Source: a virus (taxonomy: Duplodnaviria; Caudoviricetes). From it: 27,645 bases of DNA. The notes below the pieces were generated by a model that saw only the letters and a program-made list of their open reading frames with translations, was not told the DNA's origin and did no database searches. Shown piece by piece: positions 17,229-25,334 of this stretch (positions within the stretch are counted from its first letter, which is position 1; each line of letters starts with the position of its first letter). The DNA lies in IMG/VR virus record IMGVR_UViG_3300025403_000035, positions 1-27,645 of that record; one strand, written 5' to 3'. A program made the position numbers and the translations under genes.

Positions 17229-17509
17229 CTGACGAACAAATTATTGAGATGGCTAGACAGGTTGGCATAAAACGGCGCACTGATAAGTTTTTCTCAGAAT
17301 ATTGTGACGGTATTTATGATGATGATCTTAAAGCCTTTGCCAAACTGGTAGCACAGCATGAACGTGAGGCGTGTGCAAAAGAAGCAGATAAACGACTGTA
17401 TGACTACACCATGCTTTTATCAAACCCGCCACAAAACGGTGCGGCATGGAGCATTGCAAACGCAATCCGAGCAAGAGGCCAACGGACTCCCGAAGGAGGT
17501 GAAGCATGA
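17225..17509 (+). CDS. Hypothetical cassette protein (FAKLVAQHERE family), copy 1
   Basis: Shares MTDEQI, FAKLVAQHERE and IRARG with the next ORF. Confidence 0.75.
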   Translation: MTDEQIIEMARQVGIKRRTDKFFSEYCDGIYDDDLKAFAKLVAQHEREACAKEADKRLYDYTMLLSNPPQNGAAWSIANAIRARGQRTPEGGEA

Positions 17510-17733
17510 CTGACGAACAAATTGCAAAACTATATGACCAAGCCTTGGTTATTGAAAACAATGGTGACTATGTTGCTGGTGAATTAGACCCTGTAAAGTT
17601 TGCCAAACTGGTAGCACAGCATGAGCGTGAGCGCATTTTTGGTGAACTTCTGAAAATGCACGAAATAGCATCAAGCCGACATAACTACTATTTAAACGCT
17701 GTTTTGACCATCCGAGCAAGAGGTGAAGCATGA
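17506..17733 (+). CDS. Hypothetical cassette protein (FAKLVAQHERE family), copy 2
   Basis: Paralog of 17225..17509. Confidence 0.75.
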   Translation: MTDEQIAKLYDQALVIENNGDYVAGELDPVKFAKLVAQHERERIFGELLKMHEIASSRHNYYLNAVLTIRARGEA

Positions 17734-18176
17734 GAGTCATTGGAATTGACTGCGGCGCATCTGGCGCCATCGTTCTGTTGGAGGACGGCCAGCCCATTGA
17801 ATGGACTGCCATGCCCACCTACAAAGTCGGCATGGCCACTCGAGTCAATGCGGCTGCGCTGTACGACTTTATTGCATCGTGCTGTGCCACCCATGTATAC
17901 ATTGAGCAGGTGCATGCAATGCCCGGACAGGGTGTGACCTCAATGTTCAACTTTGGCCACTCCTGCGGGACTGTAATGGGCGTTATCGGGGCTATGGGAC
18001 TGCCTAGCACCTTAACATCGCCCCAAGCTTGGAAAAAGGCCGCAGGGCTGATTGGCAAGGACAAGGACGCCGCACGTTCAAGGGCGATCCAGTTGTGGCC
18101 AACATGGAAAGACCTTGGAACAAAAGCAAAGGGCCAAGCGTTGGCTGATGCGGCATTGATTGCGAGGTTTTCATGA
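17730..18176 (+). CDS. RuvC-like Holliday junction resolvase
   Basis: VIGIDCGASGAIV, YIEQVHAMPGQGVTSMFNFG and ADAALIA motifs. Confidence 0.85.
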   Translation: MRVIGIDCGASGAIVLLEDGQPIEWTAMPTYKVGMATRVNAAALYDFIASCCATHVYIEQVHAMPGQGVTSMFNFGHSCGTVMGVIGAMGLPSTLTSPQAWKKAAGLIGKDKDAARSRAIQLWPTWKDLGTKAKGQALADAALIARFS

Positions 18177-18517
18177 ACCACGCTGACATCAACCCCCTTA
18201 AGGCCATCGAGTACATCTACTCGAACGGCGCCAAATACGCACAAGCAAAGGCCGAACTGACGTACCTCGAAGAGTTCCGCAAGAGCAAGAAAGCCCTGCT
18301 CATGAAGACAGCCATCGTCAATGGGGCTAAATCGGTTGCAGCCGCGGAAATGGAAGCGTATGCAGACTCGGAGTACATAGAACTCTTAAAGGCCATTAAA
18401 ACGGCCACAGAGGTCGCAGAAGGCTTACGTTGGCACATAGTGGCAGCACAGGCTCGAATTGATGTGTGGCGATCAACGGAAGCAAGCAATCGCGCCATGG
18501 ATAGGAACGTGGCATGA
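18173..18517 (+). CDS. Helical phage protein, possibly recombination-mediator-like
   Basis: Coupled ORF with AEMEAYAD...ARIDVWRSTEASNR; function inferred only from context. Confidence 0.65.
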   Translation: MNHADINPLKAIEYIYSNGAKYAQAKAELTYLEEFRKSKKALLMKTAIVNGAKSVAAAEMEAYADSEYIELLKAIKTATEVAEGLRWHIVAAQARIDVWRSTEASNRAMDRNVA

Positions 18518-18786
18518 ACAACAAACTGAACGCCAGAGAACGTGCCTATGTGGCCATGATCAAGTGCCTTCCCTGCTCGGTATGCGGTCAGGAAGGCCCA
18601 TCGGATGCCCACCACACAAAGCAGGGCAACCAGTACACCGTGGTGGCTCTGTGCAAGTCCTGCCACCAAGGCAGTCTCATGGGCTGGCACGGCCAGAAAC
18701 GTGCGTGGGCCATAGCCAAGATGGATGAGAACGATGCACTCAACCGGACGATCCACGACCTGATCGAGTACATGCAAAATAATTAA
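18514..18786 (+). CDS. HNH-like zinc nuclease (Ref/DUF968-like)
   Basis: LPCSVCG, DAHH and VALCKSCHQG motifs. Confidence 0.75.
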   Translation: MNNKLNARERAYVAMIKCLPCSVCGQEGPSDAHHTKQGNQYTVVALCKSCHQGSLMGWHGQKRAWAIAKMDENDALNRTIHDLIEYMQNN

Positions 18787-18810
18787 CCCTACAACTTAGT
18801 CGGGTATCTA

Positions 18811-18840
18811 TTTACAAGCTCTTTAACTTGTTGTTAAAAT
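18811..18840 (+). promoter_or_regulatory. Promoter with the shared operator-like motif
   Basis: TTTACA-18 nt-TAAAAT, containing TTTAACTTGTTGTTA. Confidence 0.65.
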
Positions 18841-18877
18841 TCTCCTCACTGCGATGTTGCAGGTTTAGGAGAACGAA

Positions 18878-19165
18878 ATGACAGTTATCACCACCACCCC
18901 TTCTTCCGCGGACGAACTCGGCACCTTGTTGGCGCAGATCGCCACGCTGACCAAGCAAGCCGACAAGATCAAAGATGCAATGAAGGATGTTGCAATCAAC
19001 GGCGAAACCAAAGTGTTTGAGGGTGCTTTGTTCAAGTGCACATACACCGAATGCAACCGCACTGTGTTCGACAAGGACGCATTCATCAGCGCCATGGGCG
19101 AGGACTTTTACAACAAGTTCACCAAGACCACCGCTGTGTTCTCTATCAAAACCACCAGCCGCTAA
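18878..19165 (+). CDS. Hypothetical protein
   Basis: AGGAG RBS; 95 aa. Confidence 0.8.
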   Translation: MTVITTTPSSADELGTLLAQIATLTKQADKIKDAMKDVAINGETKVFEGALFKCTYTECNRTVFDKDAFISAMGEDFYNKFTKTTAVFSIKTTSR

Positions 19166-19172
19166 TCAACCC

Positions 19173-19186
19173 GGGGCTTCGGCCCC
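19173..19186 (+). other. GC hairpin with UUCG tetraloop (terminator/stabiliser) abutting a palindrome copy
   Basis: GGGGC-TTCG-GCCCC followed by AGTTT. Confidence 0.55.
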
Positions 19187-19205
19187 AGTTTAACTGGACT
19201 ACATC

Positions 19206-19583
19206 ATGACACCATTGACCGAAAACCAAAAACGCCTGATTGCCAAGAACGTGCTGGCCGCCTGCAAAGACATCAATAAGCTGAACAACACCGGCTACAA
19301 GTTCTTGAACCTTTGCTCTGGTTTCATCGCCCATTACGACCTAAACGGCTTCAAGGCTTATTACTCTGAGAACAGCCTTCAGGACGATATTGAGCGCTTT
19401 GCCAATCAAAACCAATGGTCGAACTTCCGTGAAGGTGAACGTAACTACGACTATTACATGGCCAAGCGTGATTGCTACAACATGATTCTTGGTGGCTTTG
19501 TGGCCAAGCAATACATGGACGAGGTGTTCAACAGCCCAGTTCAATTCATGCGCGACCACTTCACCATCGTTCACATCAGCTAA
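19206..19583 (+). CDS. Hypothetical protein
   Basis: 125 aa; GFIAHYDLNGFKAYY. Confidence 0.75.
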   Translation: MTPLTENQKRLIAKNVLAACKDINKLNNTGYKFLNLCSGFIAHYDLNGFKAYYSENSLQDDIERFANQNQWSNFREGERNYDYYMAKRDCYNMILGGFVAKQYMDEVFNSPVQFMRDHFTIVHIS

Positions 19584-19593
19584 GGAGACAGCT

Positions 19594-19929
19594 ATGGGTC
19601 AGTATCACGAGGTCTACAACCTAGACAAAAAAGAACGCATTAACCCGCACAGCATCGACAACGGGTTGAAGCTGTACGAGCAGGTCGGTCACATCGGCAG
19701 CACAAGCACAGCGTTGTTTGCCTTGTTGGCCAACAGCAACGGCAGAGGAGGCGGCGACTTTCCTAAGCACCCAATGATCGGGCGCTGGGCAGGCGATCGC
19801 ATCTTGATTCAAGGCGACTACGCCAACCACAAAGACAACGGCCACGTTGATGCTGACGTGCTCGAGGCATTCACCGACATATCTGAACAAGTCGCAGACA
19901 TGTTGAAAACCATCGAATCAAATTGGTAA
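19594..19929 (+). CDS. Hypothetical phage protein (MGQY...GRWAGDRI)
   Basis: TAAGGAG RBS before ATG 19594. Confidence 0.8.
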   Translation: MGQYHEVYNLDKKERINPHSIDNGLKLYEQVGHIGSTSTALFALLANSNGRGGGDFPKHPMIGRWAGDRILIQGDYANHKDNGHVDADVLEAFTDISEQVADMLKTIESNW

Positions 19930-19939
19930 GGAGAGCACC

Positions 19940-20164
19940 ATGAAAATTCAAATGGAACTGAACCACGACACCGTGGTAGTTGAATACGAAACCAAACTGG
20001 ATTTCGCAACCTACACCGCTGACGTGGTGATTGAAGAAGTTTTGTACAAGGGCGTTAACGTCATCAAGATTCTGGACGCCGAAACAATCGAACACTTGGC
20101 ATACGAGATCGGTTGCCAGTTGTCCGAGAAAGAGCAAGAACGTCAAATGGAGAGAGCAGAATGA
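19940..20164 (+). CDS. Hypothetical acidic protein
   Basis: TAAGGAG RBS. Confidence 0.75.
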   Translation: MKIQMELNHDTVVVEYETKLDFATYTADVVIEEVLYKGVNVIKILDAETIEHLAYEIGCQLSEKEQERQMERAE

Positions 20165-20313
20165 TTACACCATTACCACCCCACTCAAAGATTTGCATGC
20201 CCCCACCAGACTTCAAATGGAAGTCGGGCAGCGATGTGCAGACAATCTGGCGTAAGTTCGGCTGGGTTCCACCAAGCGAGACTATGATCCCACCACCACC
20301 GGAGAAGAAATAA
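20161..20313 (+). CDS. Small Pro-rich protein
   Basis: ATGA overlap; DVQTIWRKFGWVPPSE. Confidence 0.65.
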   Translation: MITPLPPHSKICMPPPDFKWKSGSDVQTIWRKFGWVPPSETMIPPPPEKK

Positions 20314-20399
20314 TGTGGCCTTTTCCAACCCAACTACCGCCCAGCAAACCGGGCGAACCTAAGTTCAACCCGGACAACTTTGAGGAAGCACCGCTATGA
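20313..20399 (+). CDS. 28-aa peptide (absent from the ORF track)
   Basis: MWPFPTQLPPSKPGEPKFNPDNFEEAPL; TAATG and ATGA overlaps with both neighbours. Confidence 0.6.
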   Translation: MWPFPTQLPPSKPGEPKFNPDNFEEAPL

Positions 20400-20647
20400 A
20401 AAAAGAACTCAGCCCATTGGCTCGATCCCTACTTGGCAATAACGGCGCCGTCAAGTTCTTCACACAGCAAGAATTCGACGATGCGCTGGCGCTGGCTAAG
20501 GCAGAGATCATGACCATAGCCATTGAAACAACCAAGAGGGCCATCATGATTGAGCGTGAAGAGTGCGCCAAGCTGGCCGACGAATGCGTCAACATTGAAG
20601 AATTGGGTGAAGTCATCCGCAACCGCATACCCTCACAACGTCAATGA
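20396..20647 (+). CDS. Hypothetical protein (EREECAK motif)
   Basis: GAGG RBS; coupled to the previous ORF. Confidence 0.75.
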   Translation: MKKELSPLARSLLGNNGAVKFFTQQEFDDALALAKAEIMTIAIETTKRAIMIEREECAKLADECVNIEELGEVIRNRIPSQRQ

Positions 20648-20955
20648 ACACAGTGTCTGTCAATCCATTCATGGGGTTGTCAGACCCCGACCAATACTTA
20701 AAGGAGGCAAAACATGCCGCTGAAAAAACAGGAACTTCCCGTAAAGTCCACCGTTTCGCTGAAGCAGAAGAGCGTATCCGCCAAGAAGAGCGAGCCGCAG
20801 AAAAAGCCGCCAGAAAGGCTCTACGAGATGCCGCAAGAAGTGAAAGACTGGATCGACCAAGCGTCAAGCCGGTTAAACCGACTGCAAAGCGAAGTGGAAA
20901 GACTCAAAGAGGAAAACTTAAAACTAAAGAAAACCGTACGCTTTCAGGAGCATAG
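20644..20955 (+). CDS. Possible overlapping basic protein
   Basis: Starts in an ATGA overlap with the previous stop but overlaps 20714..20980 by 242 nt. Confidence 0.4.
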   Translation: MNTVSVNPFMGLSDPDQYLKEAKHAAEKTGTSRKVHRFAEAEERIRQEERAAEKAARKALRDAARSERLDRPSVKPVKPTAKRSGKTQRGKLKTKENRTLSGA

Positions 20956-20980
20956 GATCATGGGAACTTCACAGGAGTAA
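20714..20980 (+). CDS. Coiled-coil hypothetical protein
   Basis: Strong AAGGAGG RBS; ends immediately before the next gene. Confidence 0.7.
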   Translation: MPLKKQELPVKSTVSLKQKSVSAKKSEPQKKPPERLYEMPQEVKDWIDQASSRLNRLQSEVERLKEENLKLKKTVRFQEHRIMGTSQE

Positions 20981-20983
20981 GAC

Positions 20984-21202
20984 ATGGACGACTGGACACC
21001 CGAAATGGATGAAGCATTCAACGAGATCGAGAAGCAATCGAATCTCGGCAAGCAGATACTCAAGGAGATCAAGCCCCAGCGTGAATGGGTTGGTTTGACT
21101 GAGGAGGAAATTTGGAATCTTTTGCAGTTTAGGAAATACAGTATTGACACAATTGAGATTGCCCGAGCCGTCGAAGCCAAACTAAAGGAGAAGAACACAT
21201 GA
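20984..21202 (+). CDS. Cassette protein (WVGLT...EAKLKEKNT)
   Basis: AGGAG RBS; shared C-terminus. Confidence 0.75.
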   Translation: MDDWTPEMDEAFNEIEKQSNLGKQILKEIKPQREWVGLTEEEIWNLLQFRKYSIDTIEIARAVEAKLKEKNT

Positions 21203-21489
21203 CCAAAGACGAAATTATTGCGCAGAACAATCAAAGGATCGAAACTTTGTACGCCTTGTACCAACAAGCGTCTGCTCAACGTGACATTGTGATGGCACAA
21301 CAAACTCAGCAGATTGAGGCATGGAAACAATTGCTGACAGCAAACGAAGTGATATTCAAAGCTGTCGCCAATCGTACACATTGGAAAAGAACGGCATCAA
21401 GGTATTTAAAGAAACACGCACCTGATTTTTATGCGCAAGCAAAAGACGAATGGGAAAAACGTGCAGACCCCAATGAACGGTTTTATTAA
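21199..21489 (+). CDS. Cassette protein (MTKDE start)
   Basis: Begins in the repeated AAGGAGAAGAACACATGA junction. Confidence 0.7.
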   Translation: MTKDEIIAQNNQRIETLYALYQQASAQRDIVMAQQTQQIEAWKQLLTANEVIFKAVANRTHWKRTASRYLKKHAPDFYAQAKDEWEKRADPNERFY

Positions 21490-21507
21490 TTCCAAGGAGA
21501 AGAACAT

Positions 21508-21681
21508 ATGAGCGCAAAACCAATTCCAGCAAAAGAAGTGGCCGCCAACATTATGAAAATCATGGATGAGGTCGCCAGTGAATATCCAGAAGAGGAGCGC
21601 GAAGAGTTGAAGGCGGTCATGCTTGGATCGCTGGGCATGGCGCTGTTTAATGGGCCAGTTGAAAAGGAGAAGAACACATGA
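21508..21681 (+). CDS. 57-aa cassette protein (absent from the ORF track)
   Basis: MSAKPIPAKEV...GPVEKEKNT, bounded by junction repeats. Confidence 0.7.
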   Translation: MSAKPIPAKEVAANIMKIMDEVASEYPEEEREELKAVMLGSLGMALFNGPVEKEKNT

Positions 21682-21917
21682 CTAAAGACGAAGCCCCAGA
21701 TTACTTTTTCTGTGAGCGAACATTGATTAACTCGTTGGAAGATACAAACGTAAGTCAAAAAATTCAAGATTCGCATCGTTTTGCATTGGCAATTACTGGG
21801 CACTATCAACAAGCATTTAATTTAACTGGCGATTTAAATGCAAAACTTTGCGCTGTAATTGGGTATGACCGCGCTATTCGGTTTCAGCAAAAGCAACAGG
21901 AGAAACAGCATGACTAA
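21678..21917 (+). CDS. Cassette protein (MTKDE start)
   Basis: Junction repeat at its start. Confidence 0.65.
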   Translation: MTKDEAPDYFFCERTLINSLEDTNVSQKIQDSHRFALAITGHYQQAFNLTGDLNAKLCAVIGYDRAIRFQQKQQEKQHD

Positions 21918-22362
21918 AGACGAAGCATTGAAGCTGGCGCTTAGGTCGTTGAAAGAACTTGCCCCAGACGATTCTGACTATGCGCCTGCCCTTCAAGGTC
22001 AAAGAAAGCGGCAGGAAAACGCCATCACCGCCATTAAGCAAGCCCTTGCAGCACCTGTGCAGGAGCCTGTGGGGTGGATGAGCAACAAAGACTTTGAACC
22101 CATCAGAATCAGGATTATGCAAGAGGCTTATGAACTTGCAGACAGCAATAATCCTGAAGGCTACAACGCAATCAAAGTAATGTGTGGGGATGTTCAAAAA
22201 ATGTTGTCACCACAGCGCACATGGGTAGGGACTGTGGACTGCATAGGTCTTGCACTTGATCTTGAGGCGCAGGCAAAGCGCGTCGAGTCTCAAACTGTTC
22301 AACGCACCATGCTGGCAGCAGCAAACGGCCTGCGCATCATCGACAAAGAAAGTAAAACATGA
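21910..22362 (+). CDS. Cassette protein (MTKDEALKLAL...QEPVGW...QRTWVG)
   Basis: AGGAG RBS before ATG 21910. Confidence 0.75.
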   Translation: MTKDEALKLALRSLKELAPDDSDYAPALQGQRKRQENAITAIKQALAAPVQEPVGWMSNKDFEPIRIRIMQEAYELADSNNPEGYNAIKVMCGDVQKMLSPQRTWVGTVDCIGLALDLEAQAKRVESQTVQRTMLAAANGLRIIDKESKT

Positions 22363-22619
22363 AGTGCATTGTTAAAGATTGCATAAACCAGACGCATGAA
22401 GGCCTGTTTATTGGCGAATTGTGCGCCCCTTGTCACGAATTTGTGACAACGGGAAATAGGGTTTATTCGCAGGTTTATAAGAACACACAGCGGCAATGGG
22501 TAGGGCTTACGGATGAGGAGATTGTTTTGATTGTGGCTGAGTGTGCGGCTTCTCATCAGCACACGGACATTCACTTTGCCAAAACCATTGAAGCCAAGTT
22601 AAGGAGTAAGAACACATGA
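22359..22619 (+). CDS. Cassette protein, Cys-rich N-terminus plus WVGLTDEEI...EAKLRSKNT
   Basis: C-terminal module shared with 20984..21202. Confidence 0.7.
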   Translation: MKCIVKDCINQTHEGLFIGELCAPCHEFVTTGNRVYSQVYKNTQRQWVGLTDEEIVLIVAECAASHQHTDIHFAKTIEAKLRSKNT

Positions 22620-22810
22620 GATACGAACAATCCAAACCACTCGTTGAGGATCTGATGGATATTGCGGTGTTGTTTCACGCAAGCCCAAGCTTGCTGCGCC
22701 AAAAGATTGCCGAGGCTATCAACAAGCACATCCCTGATCTTGATCCCGCTTGCATGGAGCGCGGCTGCCTTTGCATCGACACGTTTTCCAAAGAGGAGAA
22801 GAACACATGA
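22616..22810 (+). CDS. Cassette protein ending EEKNT
   Basis: Junction repeats at both ends. Confidence 0.65.
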   Translation: MRYEQSKPLVEDLMDIAVLFHASPSLLRQKIAEAINKHIPDLDPACMERGCLCIDTFSKEEKNT

Positions 22811-23022
22811 AGTTTCACCCAGACTCCATAGAACAACTTCTAATCGCCGCCAACAACATGAAGGACGAACAAGGAAACTGGGCTGGCTCCATGGCAATGT
22901 ACAGAATACTCAGCACCCAGTTCCTACACGAATACGTCTTCCCCGTAGAGGACAAAGTACAAGAGATACTGAACAAGCATAGAGAAGAATCCAAAAACGC
23001 AACCAAAAGGAGTGAGAAATGA
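22807..23022 (+). CDS. Hypothetical protein
   Basis: Start MKFHP lies in a junction repeat. Confidence 0.65.
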   Translation: MKFHPDSIEQLLIAANNMKDEQGNWAGSMAMYRILSTQFLHEYVFPVEDKVQEILNKHREESKNATKRSEK

Positions 23023-23351
23023 GCAAAGCAATTGAATTCGAAATCGACGAAATCCCGACCGAAGAAAAAGTAAACGATCAAGGCGAATACGTCTTCGGCA
23101 TCTACACATCAACTGGATGCGACGACAGCTTCACAGAAGCAATGGACGCAATCACCAAGCTATGGGATGTACACCTGCCCATGGAAGTATGCCTGCGCAT
23201 AAACGTAAGACTGCGTAGCGTATACGAGAACGCCTATGACATGTACAACGCAGGAGGAAAGATAGACAAAGAAGACTGGCATCTATTTGAAGCAATGCGT
23301 AATGATGCCCAATGGATCGTGGATCAAATAAACACCCTCAAAATGCGTTGA
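23019..23351 (+). CDS. Hypothetical acidic protein
   Basis: AGGAG RBS; ATGA overlap. Confidence 0.7.
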   Translation: MSKAIEFEIDEIPTEEKVNDQGEYVFGIYTSTGCDDSFTEAMDAITKLWDVHLPMEVCLRINVRLRSVYENAYDMYNAGGKIDKEDWHLFEAMRNDAQWIVDQINTLKMR

Positions 23352-23352
23352 T

Positions 23353-23382
23353 TTGCAAGAAAAATAAACATCGAGTTAAACT
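23353..23382 (+). promoter_or_regulatory. Candidate promoter for the packaging/late operon
   Basis: TTGCAA-18 nt-TAAACT overlapping AAAC-ATCGA-GTTA, a variant of the shared motif. Confidence 0.45.
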
Positions 23383-23439
23383 AAGGGCAAATTCAGTCAC
23401 ACGGCTAAAGTAGCCGAAGTTAGCGAAGGAGATGTAATC

Positions 23440-23793
23440 ATGGGTGTTAGATTAGGCGGCAGGGCGCGTGGAACGCCCAACAAGGCGACTTCTGACGCAA
23501 GACAGGCCATAGCCTCATTTGTTGACGGAAACGCTCACAGGCTCTCTGAATGGCTCGACCAAGTCGCTCGGGGTGTGCTCAACGATAAGGGGGAGTTCAT
23601 TGTTCCCCCCAACCCGGCGAAGGCGTTTGACATGTTTCAGAGCGTGATTGAGTACCACGTTCCCAAGCTGGCCCGCCACGAGCACATGGGCGATGGCAAT
23701 ACACCGATCATCATTGAGACTCACTTGAACCTGTTCAACGAGTTGAAGAAGGCAGTGAAACTCAAGAAGCAGTTAGACGCCAATGAAAATTGA
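23440..23793 (+). CDS. terS: Terminase small subunit (putative)
   Basis: GGRARGTPNKAT N-terminus and EYHVPKLAR; lies directly upstream of and overlaps terL. Confidence 0.75.
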   Translation: MGVRLGGRARGTPNKATSDARQAIASFVDGNAHRLSEWLDQVARGVLNDKGEFIVPPNPAKAFDMFQSVIEYHVPKLARHEHMGDGNTPIIIETHLNLFNELKKAVKLKKQLDANEN

Positions 23794-25219
23794 AGACATC
23801 CTTGAGAACCCGAAGACTCAGGAGCAGTTCCTCGAGATGTCGGCTGAGGATAGGGCTGCTTGGCTCTGGTGGATGGATTGGCACTACAACAAGGCCATGG
23901 ACTACCAGATCGAGCCGACTGGCGATCATTGGTCGATCTGGATGATGCTGGCTGGCCGCGGAGCAGGTAAGACACGCACGGCTGCCGAGACTATCGGTCA
24001 ATGGGCATGGGAAAACCCCAACACCCGCTGGCTGGTGGCGGCGCCCACAAGTTCTGACGTCCGCGGCACATGCTTTGAGGGTGAGTCAGGTCTGTTGTCC
24101 GTGATCCCCAAAGAACTGGTTGAACCGGACGGCTACAACAAGAGCCTGCATGAGTTGTATCTCAAGAATGGCTCATTGATCAAAGGCATCTCAGCGAGCG
24201 AGCCTGACCGCTTCCGTGGTGCTCAGTGGCACGGCGCATGGTGCGACGAGTTGGCCGCATGGGATTACCTGCAAGAGTCGTGGGACATGATCATGTTCTC
24301 GGTGCGGCTGGGTAAGCGCACGAAGGTGATCGTCACCACCACGCCCAAGCCCAAGCCATTGATCATGGATCTGGTTGGCCGCGAGGGGGATGATGTGGTG
24401 ATCACACGCGCCTCGACGTATTCAAACATCAAGAACTTAGCGCCATCGTTCCAGAAGCAGATTCTCCAGTACGAGGGCACGAACTTAGGAAGGCAGGAAA
24501 TCCATGCAGAAATCATCGACCCCGAAGAAGGGGGCATTGTTAAGCGCGACTGGTTCCGCCTCTGGCCGGGACACAAGCCCTTCCCCAAGTTCGAGTACAT
24601 CATCCAGTCTTACGACTGTGCCACTAGCGACAAGACCCACAACGATCCAACTGGCTGCATTACTCTGGGCGTATTCAAGCCCCTCGACGGTGGGATGTGT
24701 GTCATGGTCATCGACTGCTGGCAAGACCACCTCACCTACCCCCAACTGCGCCCCAAAGTAATCGACGAGTTCGAAGTCGTGTACGGCGAGGGCAAAGAGA
24801 AGAAGCGCGTCGACCTCTTGCTGGTGGAGGACAAGTCGGCTGGCATCTCATTGATACAGGACTTGCAACAGGCTGGTCTACCCGTCCACGCATACAACCC
24901 CGGCCGCGCCGACAAGATCCAACGCCTGAGCATTGTGGCCAACATCATCAAAGCTGGCCGTGTGTGGGTGCCCGAGTCTGACCAGCGTAAGGGTTACGTC
25001 CGTGCATGGGCTGAGGGCATGGTGAGCCAGATATGCTCCTTCCCCAAGGGGACGGAACACGACGAGTTCGTTGACTGCATCTCACAAGGCCTGCGCTACC
25101 TGCGTGACGGAGGCTGGATCACCATTGATTTTCCACGAGACGACAGCGTGGACAGCGATGACATTGAGGACGCAGAAATATACAACCGCAGCCGAGGTGG
25201 TAATCCTTATGCGGCTTGA
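23783..25219 (+). CDS. terL: Terminase large subunit
   Basis: Walker A AGRGAGKT, Walker B AWCDE, TTTPK; nuclease domain QSYDCA, VEDKSAG, HDEFVDC. Confidence 0.95.
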   Translation: MKIEDILENPKTQEQFLEMSAEDRAAWLWWMDWHYNKAMDYQIEPTGDHWSIWMMLAGRGAGKTRTAAETIGQWAWENPNTRWLVAAPTSSDVRGTCFEGESGLLSVIPKELVEPDGYNKSLHELYLKNGSLIKGISASEPDRFRGAQWHGAWCDELAAWDYLQESWDMIMFSVRLGKRTKVIVTTTPKPKPLIMDLVGREGDDVVITRASTYSNIKNLAPSFQKQILQYEGTNLGRQEIHAEIIDPEEGGIVKRDWFRLWPGHKPFPKFEYIIQSYDCATSDKTHNDPTGCITLGVFKPLDGGMCVMVIDCWQDHLTYPQLRPKVIDEFEVVYGEGKEKKRVDLLLVEDKSAGISLIQDLQQAGLPVHAYNPGRADKIQRLSIVANIIKAGRVWVPESDQRKGYVRAWAEGMVSQICSFPKGTEHDEFVDCISQGLRYLRDGGWITIDFPRDDSVDSDDIEDAEIYNRSRGGNPYAA

Positions 25220-25220
25220 T

Positions 25221-25269
25221 CCAGTTAAACTGGACTGCAAAGTTATCCACAGCCCCAGTTAAACTGGAC
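25221..25269. promoter_or_regulatory. Two CCAGTTAAACTGGAC palindromes flanking a perfect DnaA box
   Basis: Palindromes at 25221 and 25255; TTATCCACA at 25243-25251. Confidence 0.7.
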
Positions 25270-25334
25270 TCGAGCATTGTGTTTGCCACAGTCATCGTGG
25301 CTTGGCATAATGCCGAAAACTCCCCGAGGTACGC

